A stretch of DNA of 64,000 bases from an uncultured Nitrososphaerota archaeon (lineage in GTDB: Archaea > Thermoproteota > Nitrososphaeria > Nitrososphaerales > Nitrosopumilaceae), in assembly GCA_963824385.1 (NCBI GenBank), contig CAWGPD010000003.1:192001-256000 (forward strand), in the 5' to 3' direction. Numbering within the stretch: the stretch's first letter is position 1; every line of letters starts with the position of its first letter. The position numbers were made by a program, and so were the translations under genes. The notes under the pieces are model-generated. The model was given only the letters and a program-made list of their open reading frames with translations. It made no database searches and was not told the origin of the DNA. This document shows positions 50,886-60,702 of this stretch, piece by piece.

Positions 50886-51589
50886 TCAAACGCAGGTCAC
50901 TAGGGCAGCATTTTTTAACATCAAATTCAATCGCAAAATCCATAGTTAACTTTGCCAGTATAACAAAAGACGATATTGTTCTTGAGGTAGGCACAGGTAG
51001 AGGCATTCTTACACCACTTATCTGTGAAAACGCAAAAAAGGTAATCTCGATAGAAAAAGACCCAGTACTATATTCTCAAGCAAGGGAGATTTTTTCACAA
51101 ATCCCAAATCTAGTCTTAGAAAAGGGTGATGCTTTCAAGAAAAATACTGAATTTACAGTCTTTGTATCAAACCTTCCATATTCTGAGAGCCGTACTGCTA
51201 TAGAATGGCTTGTTCAAAAAAAATTCAAGCGTGCAATTATCATGGTTCAAAAGGAATTTGCCCAAAAATTGCTCACCAAAAAGGGTGGAAAAGAAAGAAG
51301 ATCCATATCTGTTCTTGCAAGCTATTGCTTTGATATTGAAAATCTAATGGAGATAAAAAATACCAACTTTAGACCTCCTCCCAAAGTTGATTCTGTAGTC
51401 ATATCTCTTGTTCAAAAGCAGGTACTTTCAGATCAGATTGTAAGAACTGTCAACAAACTGTTTTCATTTAAGAGAAAGACCATACGAAGCATTGGAAAAA
51501 AAATGGGGCTGGAGATTGATTCAGATAAAAGACTAGAAGAGATGCCTGAAGATGAGATAATTGAAATTGCAAAAAGAATCACCAAATAA
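50882..51589 (+). CDS. rsmA: 16S rRNA dimethyladenosine transferase KsgA/Dim1
   Basis: LGQHFL, EVGTGRG, SNLPY, QKEFA, PPPKVDS. Confidence 0.95.
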   Translation: MIKRRSLGQHFLTSNSIAKSIVNFASITKDDIVLEVGTGRGILTPLICENAKKVISIEKDPVLYSQAREIFSQIPNLVLEKGDAFKKNTEFTVFVSNLPYSESRTAIEWLVQKKFKRAIIMVQKEFAQKLLTKKGGKERRSISVLASYCFDIENLMEIKNTNFRPPPKVDSVVISLVQKQVLSDQIVRTVNKLFSFKRKTIRSIGKKMGLEIDSDKRLEEMPEDEIIEIAKRITK

Positions 51590-52103
51590 TTACTATATTC
51601 CAGCAGAGGATTCGGTTTTTCTAGCTGATTATCTAGAAAATGAAAAAGGAAAAACTGCACTTGATATTGGAACTGGCTCTGGTATTCTTGCAAAAGTTTT
51701 ATCCAAAAATTTTGAATTTGTTGTTGCAACTGATGTAAACATTTTTGCGTTAAAAAAGGCACATGAGATTATTACTAATTGTATATGTTGTAATGCGGCT
51801 GATGCACTACAAACTAGTTTTGATCTGATAGTGTGTAACTTACCATATCTTCCATCTGACGAATTATTGGATCCCACCGTAGATGGATTACAGGAGGGTG
51901 TTGAAATTCCAAGCATAATAATAAAATCTGCTAGTCTGAGAATTGGAAAAAAAGGAAAAATGCTATTTCTTACTTCATCACTTGCAAATTATTCTATCTT
52001 AATACAATTATGTGAATCACTTGGATTTAACACAAAGATAGTTGCAAGAAAGAAATTATTTTATGAAGAGTTACTACTTGTAGAATGTGTAAGAAACACA
52101 TGA
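51561..52103 (+). CDS. HemK2/N6AMT1-like (PrmC-type) protein methyltransferase
   Basis: Y.PAEDS.FL, DIGTGSG, NLPYLP, DG..G. Confidence 0.88.
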   Translation: MKLQKESPNNYYIPAEDSVFLADYLENEKGKTALDIGTGSGILAKVLSKNFEFVVATDVNIFALKKAHEIITNCICCNAADALQTSFDLIVCNLPYLPSDELLDPTVDGLQEGVEIPSIIIKSASLRIGKKGKMLFLTSSLANYSILIQLCESLGFNTKIVARKKLFYEELLLVECVRNT

Positions 52104-52111
52104 AAGTTATG

Positions 52112-53149
52112 TTACTTTCTTAGTTTTTGTTTTGCAATCTCGGCAATTGCTTCAGTCATTTTTGATCCTGGAGCATTTCCTCCGATATCATAGGTTACAT
52201 ACTTTCCTTCATTGATGACTTGTTCAGTTGCAGCAAAAATGGCATTTCTTATGTCTGGTTCTCCGAGATATTCTACCATCCATGCCCCTGAAAGAATGGC
52301 AGCAGTAGGATTGACCTTATCCAATCCCTTGTATTTGGGTGCACTTCCATGAGCTGGCTCAAACATGGCATACGTGTCTCCAATGTTGGCTGAATATACA
52401 TTTCCAATTGAACCGATACTTCCTGACGCACATTCTGATATTATATCCATGAACAGATTAGTACTCACCAAGATTGAATCATTGAATCTCTCGGGGTTTT
52501 TTACTAACTGTTGGGTCATATTATCGATATAATATTCCTCTACTTCGATACCTGGATTCTCAGCCTTTGCTTTTTCTACCTCACTCCAGAAAATACCATC
52601 TGTTTCTTTGAGAATATTTCTTTTTGTTATTGGAAAGATCTTCTTGATGTTATGTTGTTTTGCCCACTCAAAGGTAGCCTTGATGATTCTTTGGCAACCC
52701 TTCCTTGTTGTCTTCCTTATGGCAATAGCTACATCTTCGGAAAGTCTAAACTCAATACCTGCATAGAGGCCTTCAGTTGCCTCTCTAAAACATACAAAAT
52801 CCAATTTTTTATTAGGAGATAATCTATCGTAAGTCTTAATCGGTCTGACATTACTGTAAAGTTGAAATTTTTGTCGTATTGTAACAGCTACACTTCTTGG
52901 CGCATCTGGACGAGGAATTGTTGTAGTTGGTCCCTTGTAACATGCATTGCATTCCTCGAGCAACTTCATGGTAGAATCTGGAATGTAGGTTGCACCACCA
53001 TTTTTCTCCCACTGCTCAGATCCTGCATCACACAAAATTAGTTCTGTTTGAGAATTACAAGCCCGGAGGACACGTAACATGGCATCTACAAGTTCTGGAC
53101 CTGTGCCGTCTCCCTTGATAACTGCAGCTTTCTTTCCCAAATCAGCCAA
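52112..53149 (-). CDS. Isocitrate/isopropylmalate dehydrogenase-family protein
   Basis: GDGTGPE, KGP, REATEGLY, NLFMDIISE, FEPAHGSAP, NP.A. Confidence 0.93.
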   Translation of the reverse strand: MADLGKKAAVIKGDGTGPELVDAMLRVLRACNSQTELILCDAGSEQWEKNGGATYIPDSTMKLLEECNACYKGPTTTIPRPDAPRSVAVTIRQKFQLYSNVRPIKTYDRLSPNKKLDFVCFREATEGLYAGIEFRLSEDVAIAIRKTTRKGCQRIIKATFEWAKQHNIKKIFPITKRNILKETDGIFWSEVEKAKAENPGIEVEEYYIDNMTQQLVKNPERFNDSILVSTNLFMDIISECASGSIGSIGNVYSANIGDTYAMFEPAHGSAPKYKGLDKVNPTAAILSGAWMVEYLGEPDIRNAIFAATEQVINEGKYVTYDIGGNAPGSKMTEAIAEIAKQKLRK

Positions 53150-53209
53150 CGTGATAAGATAAGCATATTTAACTCTAACTAGAAAATTATTTGAAAATTT
53201 TATTGTATA

Positions 53210-53995
53210 ATGCTAAAGCTTAAACTCCTCGTTTTAGGATATTTTGTTGTGCAAATAGTACAGATTTCCGATATTCATGTAGGAGCCCAATTCCGAGAAG
53301 AAGTCTTTGATCTAGCTGTCGAAGAGATAAACGATCTAAAACCATCTGTTATTGTAGCTACAGGTGATCTTACAAATGAGGGACTACTCCAAGAATATGA
53401 AAAATGCAAAGCAAAGTTTTCCCAGTTTGAGGCTGAAAAAATAATTACAATTAGTGGAAATCATGACTATAGAAATACTGGATATCTTCTTTTCAAAAAA
53501 TACTTTCCGTTTGATTCCGTAAATGAGCTTGACGATGATACTGTGCTTGTAACAATAGGGACTGCAAGACCTGATAGAGATGAGGGCGAAGTAGGCTATA
53601 GACAGAATCTATGGCTAGAGCGAACTATGAAAAAGTATGAAAACAAGACCAAGATACTTGCAATGCATCATCACCTAATCGGTGTTCCTGATACGGGAAC
53701 TGACAGGGTAACTGTGATTGACTCTGGTGATGTTTTAAGAACTGCATTGGATGGCAAGATAGACCTAGTCATATGTGGTCACAAACACAGGCCATGGTTT
53801 TGGCATTTTGGAAATTTATCGATAGCAAACGCTGGTACTGTATCATCTGAAAGAATGAGGGGACTATTTGAGAATACGTATAATATCATAACCATTGATA
53901 AAGGCAAGATCAAAGTAGATTTGAAGATTGTAGGTGGAGAAAAAATTCATCTCAAAGATCTTGTGCAAAACTACAAACGTTTTGGCGAAGAGTAA
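53210..53995 (+). CDS. Calcineurin-like metallophosphoesterase (start possibly GTG 53249)
   Basis: ISDIH, TGDLT, GNHD, HHH, GHKH. Confidence 0.93.
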   Translation: MLKLKLLVLGYFVVQIVQISDIHVGAQFREEVFDLAVEEINDLKPSVIVATGDLTNEGLLQEYEKCKAKFSQFEAEKIITISGNHDYRNTGYLLFKKYFPFDSVNELDDDTVLVTIGTARPDRDEGEVGYRQNLWLERTMKKYENKTKILAMHHHLIGVPDTGTDRVTVIDSGDVLRTALDGKIDLVICGHKHRPWFWHFGNLSIANAGTVSSERMRGLFENTYNIITIDKGKIKVDLKIVGGEKIHLKDLVQNYKRFGEE

Positions 53996-54058
53996 GTAAA
54001 TTCGTTTTAACTCCAGTTCCAAAGTTATAATAACAGTTTAAATTTCAGCAACATCTAT

Positions 54059-54142
54059 GCGGGGGTCGCCTAGCCTGGTAGGGCGTGGGATTGCTAATCC
54101 CATGTCCGCAAGGACCCGTGGGTTCGAATCCCACTCCCCGCG
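54059..54142 (+). tRNA. tRNA-Ser (GCT)
   Basis: Anticodon arm TGGGA-TTGCTAA-TCCCA; long variable arm GTCC-GCAA-GGAC; GGTTCGAATCC. Confidence 0.96.
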
Positions 54143-54194
54143 CTTTTTGCGATCTACGCTTAAACTTAATAATAGAATCTTCAGAGTTGAAACA

Positions 54195-54356
54195 ATGGTT
54201 AGAAGAAAAACAGTAAAACCAAGAGCAAGCGGTCCAAAAAACGTTACAACTGGTCTATGTCCTAAATGCGGTACAATAGGAAAGATTTTGATTATAGGTG
54301 TGATTGGAAGCGAGAAAGGAAAATGCCAATCATGCAACGCTGAATTTACGCTGTAG
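54195..54356 (+). CDS. Small basic zinc-ribbon protein, 53 aa
   Basis: MVRRKTVK..CPKCG..CQSC. Confidence 0.75.
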   Translation: MVRRKTVKPRASGPKNVTTGLCPKCGTIGKILIIGVIGSEKGKCQSCNAEFTL

Positions 54357-54427
54357 AAAATACTGACAAAACCCTCAATAAAATAAACCATAAATTTTTA
54401 AGATCATATCTAGCGCAGATTGAATAT

Positions 54428-54598
54428 ATGGCAGGCGAAGATGAATCCATTTACGAAAGAGTAGCTAGACTAGAAGATGAAGTTGCTAGCTTGAGAAATG
54501 AAGTGGATATCCTCAAAGGAACTATGCGAAACAAGATAGTACGTTATGAACATAAATTAATCAAAAAAGGAAAAGACATACAATCAATTATTGACTAG
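54428..54598 (+). CDS. Small coiled-coil protein, 56 aa
   Basis: IYERVARLEDEVASLRNEVDILK heptads; not in the ORF track. Confidence 0.75.
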   Translation: MAGEDESIYERVARLEDEVASLRNEVDILKGTMRNKIVRYEHKLIKKGKDIQSIID

Positions 54599-55409
54599 AT
54601 TTTTCTTTGATACTTTTTATCATTTCCAGAATATCATCAACATCATCTGCTTCAGGGGACAATTCAAGATATTTGTTAAGCGATATTAATGCAAGATCTT
54701 TTTGAAGTAATCTTAACTGAACGATTCCTTTATCTCTGATATCTTCAGGTGAATACGGTTCAAGACCTAATACCATATTGATACAATGCATTGATTTTTC
54801 ATAGTTAAATGATTCAATGTATGAACCCTTTAGATTTCTTAAAATTCTGATCAGGATCTTTTCTGATTCTACATCGTTTAGATATTCTGGTTCAAACTCC
54901 ACTCCTTCTCCATAAGTTGCATTCAGTATGTCTTGAAGATCCTCAATATCCAATAAACTGCCTCTGTTAAAGGGATCAAGAATTAACTCTTCAGAATATT
55001 TTACAAGAAAATGACCTGGAAATCCAACGGGTTTAAGCTCAAGACCTATTGCTTTTGCAACCTCGATGTAAATGATAGATAATGTGATTGGTATTCCACT
55101 ACGTTTGTCTATTACGACATTTAGGAAATTATTTCTTGGGTTGTAATAATCATCATCGTCTCCCCTGAATCCTAAAATGTCAAACATGTATTCGTTTAAC
55201 ATGGAGACCAAATAGATTGGATTTTTCACATCTGAAACATGATCGCGTAATCCTTGCTCTAATGATCTTAATTTCTGAATATGCTCTGATATGTCTAGAT
55301 TAGGAAATTCTAGTATCTGAGATAACTTTAGACACTTTTCAACTAACGTGTATTGTATACTTTTTGCATAAGATATCCACTCCGCTGCAAATGGATCAAA
55401 ATCACTCAT
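54588..55409 (-). CDS. SirB1-like protein (transglutaminase-like core plus TPR)
   Basis: YYNPRN.FLN.V..R.GIPITLS..Y, FPGHFLV, DPFN.G, C-terminal TPR. Confidence 0.88.
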   Translation of the reverse strand: MSDFDPFAAEWISYAKSIQYTLVEKCLKLSQILEFPNLDISEHIQKLRSLEQGLRDHVSDVKNPIYLVSMLNEYMFDILGFRGDDDDYYNPRNNFLNVVIDKRSGIPITLSIIYIEVAKAIGLELKPVGFPGHFLVKYSEELILDPFNRGSLLDIEDLQDILNATYGEGVEFEPEYLNDVESEKILIRILRNLKGSYIESFNYEKSMHCINMVLGLEPYSPEDIRDKGIVQLRLLQKDLALISLNKYLELSPEADDVDDILEMIKSIKEKSSQ

Positions 55410-56593
55410 CTTCTATTTAGATAACTTTCTGGGTTTTTGAGTTCACGAGTAGTGGGAGGATTACCAATTAGAGTTTTGTACGTATCTTTGCCTAATTTTG
55501 AAAAGATATGTTCTGTAAAGTCTGTTCCCATACTCTTTCTAATTTGATAAGATGAGATGTCACTATTTGCAAATGTAACTAGATAGTTCTTAAAATCTTG
55601 ATCATCTTTTAGGATGTTTTTTACTGCAAATTCTGCCATTCCTTCCATTGTTGTAAATGCCGCATGGTGTGCCTGTATTGGCTTTAACCATCTTTGATAA
55701 ATGTCAAAAAGTTGTGGAATCATTTCCGAAATTTTGGGGTCAACTGTTACCTTGTTAAACGTCATTACATCAGGGCCCAAGACTTGAACTATGAAATTAT
55801 CTGGATTTAATACGAAAAATAGATTTGCTCTCTTTGCAATTGGATATTCATCTGGAACTTCAGGTAATTGCAAGTAATTGTAAAGATTTTTTATTGTAGG
55901 ATCATCAAGAACTAAAATGATTTTTGCGAGCTCTTCATTTATTGCATTTACTTCAGAGACTGCTATCTTGTTTATGTTGTAAAGATTATTTTGTATCGAG
56001 TGAACTTGCTCTTCTAAAATGGTCATCTTCAATGCTCCAATATATCCAGAATTTACCTGATCAAATCTTGATTCATAGGGCTTGCCTTGTTTGTATAGTA
56101 TGATTTGAGGATAGCTGGATAAAATGAACTTGTTTAGGTAAACTGATGATTCATAAAAATCTCCATATGTTGTAGATATCTGGGAGATGTACCCCTTGGC
56201 ATATGTCGAATAAACTAGGTATCTAAAAGTCTGTTTTTCTGCAAGTGATGCTATTTTTTGAACATCTTCATGTGCAATTGCTGTAAAAAGTTCGTCTACA
56301 AACTCTGCAGATTCCTTTGTGGGGTATACTTTACGACCTTTAAGACGCTTAAACTCTACAAGATCTGGAAATTCTACTTTTATTTGTGTTACTGGAATTC
56401 CTGTAAATTCAGATATCTTCTTTGACGTATCAGCAAATACTCTGTTACAAATTATCTCAATATCATCAAATTTTATATTTGAAGCAAATTCTTGTTCTGC
56501 CTTTGCCTTTGAATCAATTATCTCTTTTTCCTCATTTATCTCAACTGAGATCTGGTCCAAAAGGGCATATGCAAACTCTTCAAATTCTGTCAT
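55406..56593 (-). CDS. Hypothetical protein, zincin-like with EExxH motif
   Basis: ILEEQVHSIQ and TTMEGMAEF. Confidence 0.7.
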   Translation of the reverse strand: MTEFEEFAYALLDQISVEINEEKEIIDSKAKAEQEFASNIKFDDIEIICNRVFADTSKKISEFTGIPVTQIKVEFPDLVEFKRLKGRKVYPTKESAEFVDELFTAIAHEDVQKIASLAEKQTFRYLVYSTYAKGYISQISTTYGDFYESSVYLNKFILSSYPQIILYKQGKPYESRFDQVNSGYIGALKMTILEEQVHSIQNNLYNINKIAVSEVNAINEELAKIILVLDDPTIKNLYNYLQLPEVPDEYPIAKRANLFFVLNPDNFIVQVLGPDVMTFNKVTVDPKISEMIPQLFDIYQRWLKPIQAHHAAFTTMEGMAEFAVKNILKDDQDFKNYLVTFANSDISSYQIRKSMGTDFTEHIFSKLGKDTYKTLIGNPPTTRELKNPESYLNRR

Positions 56594-56684
56594 TATGAGG
56601 TTGGATAAAACATGTCAATTTAACATTAACTTTGGATCCACATGTCTATTTTGGGTTGTATGCTATCCTCATGGTTTTAGAAAG

Positions 56685-58154
56685 TTATTGACAGCCTTTT
56701 GTTGTAAAATGATGTACCATTACATCCCATGGCATATCTGATGGAAGTGAATAGGGATGAATAAGCGGTGGAACTGTTTCAAATGTCTTTACCAGACAAG
56801 ATTTTTCATAGATGCCCTGTGTTTGAATCAGTGATGAATCACGTTTTTCAGGAGAAGTACTGTCTGCAAAATACACATCATCTGGAATTTTTTTTATAAA
56901 ATTAAAACTAAAGACATCTGTAACTTGAATATCGGGTCTGAATTGTTTTATGACCCAGCCGTAACCTGGATTTGTAACTAATGTAGAATTCTTTGGCAGC
57001 GTGCTTGTCAAGTATTCTATTGCTTCTTTCTGGGCCTGTACTGCATCAAAGGATGTAATCCATACTGTAATTCCAATTGACGATAACACCATCACTATCA
57101 AAAGTAGATCAAATGTTCTATCACCCTGGGTTGATTTTATGCGAGAAACTCTAGTTGCAAAATCATAAAGCGGTTTTCCTGAAAAAATACTCAGTATTGG
57201 TAAAATTGGTATTGTATGAACAAATCCAACATATCCACCTCTAAACAAAAATCCTATGTATGGCACTGACAAGATTGATGCAAAAAACTGCTTTTTCTTT
57301 GCCAATTGTACTATTCCTGCAATTCCAAAGACCAATCCAATTGGTAATACTGTGACAAGAATTTCTAATGCAATGCCATATGGCAATGATGATGCTCTGG
57401 TTGCCTCCCATGATTGAGTGGATATTATGTGAAATAGGCTATGTTGGCTTGACATGGTGAAAACCCATACAAGAACAGTTGCAATGAGAGGGACTGACCA
57501 TGTTATTCCATGGGAAGGTTTCTTGCTTTTTAAAACATAGATGATAATTGCTGGAAGAAAGAAAATTGCTGAAAACTTGGCAAGCAATGCACACCCAAAG
57601 AGAAATCCTGATGCGGATAACCTAGATCTTGTCAAGACGTTATCATTTTTTGGCATGATTAAAAATAATGATAATAATACAAAGAGTATCATCAAAGGAT
57701 CTAGCAAAAGATTTCGAAATGGCCAAAACGCTGGAATTAGTCCAAAAGTAGCAAGTGAAATTAGAGCAAATTTTTTGTTATTGTATAATCTGTCTGATAA
57801 TTTGTATACAAGAATTGCAATTGGTATGATATATGATACCGCAACTAGTCTAGGAATTAAAAATAACAAAAGTAATTGCGAATTCATATCATGAGTTTGC
57901 AAATGAATTATTGAATTTGGAAATCCTATTACTGCAAAAAATAATGATGGTACAATCCATCCTAAAGGAGGATGGTCGATATAGTTAGGATCTTGATACA
58001 TTTGGAGTGTATTGGCAAAATTTATGGCTCTATCAACATATACTCCTTCATCCCAAAAATACTCTGGAAATGAAGCAAGGCCAAAACAAGAATTAAAAAT
58101 TATTACTGAAAAAACTATTAAAAATAATTTTTGATATTTTGTAACATGCAACAA
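56685..58154 (-). CDS. GT-C fold glycosyltransferase (ArnT/PMT-like)
   Basis: WDEGVY, DHPPL, LAKF and many TM helices. Confidence 0.88.
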   Translation of the reverse strand: MLHVTKYQKLFLIVFSVIIFNSCFGLASFPEYFWDEGVYVDRAINFANTLQMYQDPNYIDHPPLGWIVPSLFFAVIGFPNSIIHLQTHDMNSQLLLLFLIPRLVAVSYIIPIAILVYKLSDRLYNNKKFALISLATFGLIPAFWPFRNLLLDPLMILFVLLSLFLIMPKNDNVLTRSRLSASGFLFGCALLAKFSAIFFLPAIIIYVLKSKKPSHGITWSVPLIATVLVWVFTMSSQHSLFHIISTQSWEATRASSLPYGIALEILVTVLPIGLVFGIAGIVQLAKKKQFFASILSVPYIGFLFRGGYVGFVHTIPILPILSIFSGKPLYDFATRVSRIKSTQGDRTFDLLLIVMVLSSIGITVWITSFDAVQAQKEAIEYLTSTLPKNSTLVTNPGYGWVIKQFRPDIQVTDVFSFNFIKKIPDDVYFADSTSPEKRDSSLIQTQGIYEKSCLVKTFETVPPLIHPYSLPSDMPWDVMVHHFTTKGCQ

Positions 58155-58246
58155 TTGTCTATCTTACTGCATTCCTAAATATGTTCATAATAGATGAAAA
58201 ATCTGTATTCCTAATGATTTATTTTTGAAATATTGTTAATGTTGTA

Positions 58247-58702
58247 TTATTTTGAACCTGTTGCGTTAATCATTGGACTAGTTGCGTTAACCATTGGACT
58301 AGGCATTGCTCCCATTGGACTAGTTGCGTTAACCATTGGACTGTTTGGATTTACCATTGGACTAGGCATTTCACCCATTGCATGACTTGGAGTAATGGAA
58401 TTCCAATGGTTTGATTTTGTTTGTGAATTGACAAATAATTGATGCATTATAACAATGCCGTTAAAACCCCCCGCGGCTTTTTCATAACCTTGACGTTGTG
58501 ATGCAAAAACTGCACTTAACCATTTGAAATTTTCTCCCGGGTAACACATACGATCACCACAGATATTACTTAGATGATGACTTGCTGTCATGGTACGATG
58601 GTATTGTCCTTGAGAATTTGTTAAAGCACTGACCTCTTGGGTTGCCATCATGGATACTGCAAGGGAAAATAGCATCATAAAAACTAGGAACTTTTTTGCC
58701 AT
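58247..58702 (-). CDS. Secreted protein with CGDRMC motif and Met/Pro-rich 7-aa repeats
   Basis: Signal peptide MAKKFLVFMMLF..VSA; repeat tail. Confidence 0.8.
   Translation of the reverse strand: MAKKFLVFMMLFSLAVSMMATQEVSALTNSQGQYHRTMTASHHLSNICGDRMCYPGENFKWLSAVFASQRQGYEKAAGGFNGIVIMHQLFVNSQTKSNHWNSITPSHAMGEMPSPMVNPNSPMVNATSPMGAMPSPMVNATSPMINATGSK
58261..58380. repeat. Degenerate 21-bp coding tandem repeat (about 6 units)
   Basis: CATTGGACT at 58271, 58292, 58313, 58334, 58355; partial at 58376. Confidence 0.9.
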
Positions 58703-58796
58703 TTCACAGTCTCTATTTTGTATGAAAATAAAAGGTATTCGCCTTTATGATGAGTGAACTAATCGTGATTATTCATTTACTACATTATCTGTAAAC

Positions 58797-59612
58797 TCAT
58801 TTCTGAGCGTATTTATTAAAAACTTGATATGGGTTAATCGGAAGTTCAATGGTAAATCTAGTTCCTCTGTTGATTTCTGTATTGACACTTATTTTTCCTC
58901 GGTGACTTTTTATGATATTATTACAACTTGAAAGACCTAATCCTGTACCTGTCTGCTTGGTAGTAAAAAGTGGATCAAATATCTTTGGTAATACCTCTTC
59001 TGATATTCCAGGACCGTTATCATCTATCTCTATTTGAACATGATTTGTATTTTCAGATATTATTATGTCAATCTTACCTTGATAATTCATCGCCTGAACT
59101 GCATTTAGCAAAATATTTTTAAAAGCTATCTTGAGCTGCTCTTGATCACAATCTATTGTGACATCTTTATCATATGTCATATGTAATTCAGTTTTATTTT
59201 TTGGCAGTCTGATTTCAGACCATGCGTTTGTTATAACTTGAGAAACAAAACATGGTTTTATTTCCAAATTTTGTAATTCTACAAAATCTAACACATCTTC
59301 TATTTGATGTGTAATCCTAAAAATTGCTCTTTCAATGGTATCACATTGCTTTACTTTTTGTTCCAAACTAAGATTTCTCTCTTTTATCATGGATGTGGAA
59401 TTCTTGATTATGGAAAGAGGATTTCGCAGATCGTGATTTATTCGAGCAGAAAATTCGCCCAATACTGCAAGCCTCTCTGCTTTTAGAAGCTCTTGAATCT
59501 TGTCTTTTATATCAAGTTGGATTGCTTCTTTTTTTATCTCCAGATCATTAATGTCGGATCTTACAATATCATCAGAAATTTCCGATGTGAAAATCTCCTT
59601 AATTTCACGCAT
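58797..59612 (-). CDS. Soluble sensor histidine kinase (HisKA plus HATPase)
   Basis: HDLRNPL, NILLNAVQA, DNGPGI, FDPLFTTK, GTGLGL. Confidence 0.95.
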   Translation of the reverse strand: MREIKEIFTSEISDDIVRSDINDLEIKKEAIQLDIKDKIQELLKAERLAVLGEFSARINHDLRNPLSIIKNSTSMIKERNLSLEQKVKQCDTIERAIFRITHQIEDVLDFVELQNLEIKPCFVSQVITNAWSEIRLPKNKTELHMTYDKDVTIDCDQEQLKIAFKNILLNAVQAMNYQGKIDIIISENTNHVQIEIDDNGPGISEEVLPKIFDPLFTTKQTGTGLGLSSCNNIIKSHRGKISVNTEINRGTRFTIELPINPYQVFNKYAQK

Positions 59613-59669
59613 TTTATTTTCTTCCTGATCCTGACAAAATTGTAAATGAATTAATCAAATATGACACGC

Positions 59670-60557
59670 TCAAATCTCCACAAATTCTTTAGAATTATTC
59701 CAGAGATATTCACATAAACTGAACATGTTTTGTACGAATTCAAGCGAGTTTGTATGAATGGCAACATCACTGTTACCAGAATCTGCCGAACTCTTTGATG
59801 ATTCAGACATGACAAGTTGTTTTTCCTTTTCAACAATCATTCGTCCTCTTGAGGGTAATTCTCCAACTCTAACCTCATTTGCATTCAATCTCTTTATCAT
59901 CTCTGAAATGGCTTTAGTTGGCTTATCCTCTGTGATTACTCTAATAATGGTGTGATTTTTCTTGGCATTTTGTATCTTCTCAGGAATTGAGGTATAGTAC
60001 ATTTTAGCAATATCATTGGTTGTTGCAACGATATAGATGAGATTGTGATTACTGTCATCTATGATTCTACCAATTCTATTGTAGATGATTGTTCTACTTT
60101 GAAGTACTGAAAACGAACTAGTATCAGATGTCCCAAAGTCTGTTTTATTTGTCTTCAGATTTGTGATTACTTTTTCTGATAACTTTTTCATTGAATCAAG
60201 TTCATCACGTTTTTTCTCAACTATTGTATCAAGTGCTTTGCTTGGCTCTGTTGCAGTAACTATTACTGGATTTGAAAATGATGTTGTAACAAGACCATAA
60301 TTTCTTAATTTTGTCAAAGATCTGTACATCTTACCTCTGTCTAGTCCTAGCTTTATTGCTAGATTGCCAATCGTAACTGGTCCTATATGTAATAATCCCA
60401 GATACATGATTGCCTCTGATTCTTCAAAACCCATGTTCATCAAATCTGTAAGCAACTCTTTTCTCTCGTTTAAGAAATGAACTGGATGAATCTTCTCTTC
60501 ATTTGTACCAAATGATGAGCTTGTTCGTCTCTCTTGTAATACTGCTTTTCTGCTCAT
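59670..60557 (-). CDS. TrmB-family transcriptional regulator
   Basis: GFEESEAIMYL.L..GP..R.KMYRSL..L...GLV, coiled coil, effector domain. Confidence 0.9.
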   Translation of the reverse strand: MSRKAVLQERRTSSSFGTNEEKIHPVHFLNERKELLTDLMNMGFEESEAIMYLGLLHIGPVTIGNLAIKLGLDRGKMYRSLTKLRNYGLVTTSFSNPVIVTATEPSKALDTIVEKKRDELDSMKKLSEKVITNLKTNKTDFGTSDTSSFSVLQSRTIIYNRIGRIIDDSNHNLIYIVATTNDIAKMYYTSIPEKIQNAKKNHTIIRVITEDKPTKAISEMIKRLNANEVRVGELPSRGRMIVEKEKQLVMSESSKSSADSGNSDVAIHTNSLEFVQNMFSLCEYLWNNSKEFVEI

Positions 60558-60675
60558 GCATAGTCAATTAAATTAAACAAACATAAGCAGTACGGACTTA
60601 ACTTACATCTCATGTTTCCATACTGGTAAGAACAAAAAATGATCGATACCAAAAATGATCTCTCAAATGATGTTT

Positions 60676-60700
60676 CACCGTTTGATAAAACAAAACGGTG
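60676..60700 (-). terminator. Inverted repeat directly 3' of tRNA-Met
   Basis: CACCGTTT-N9-AAACGGTG. Confidence 0.45.
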
Positions 60701-60702
60701 TA

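Noticed and set aside
58748..58806. C/D-box sRNA (ATGATGA..CTGA)
   Set aside because: No convincing C' box or terminal stem; AT-rich and overlapping the kinase stop, so likely chance.
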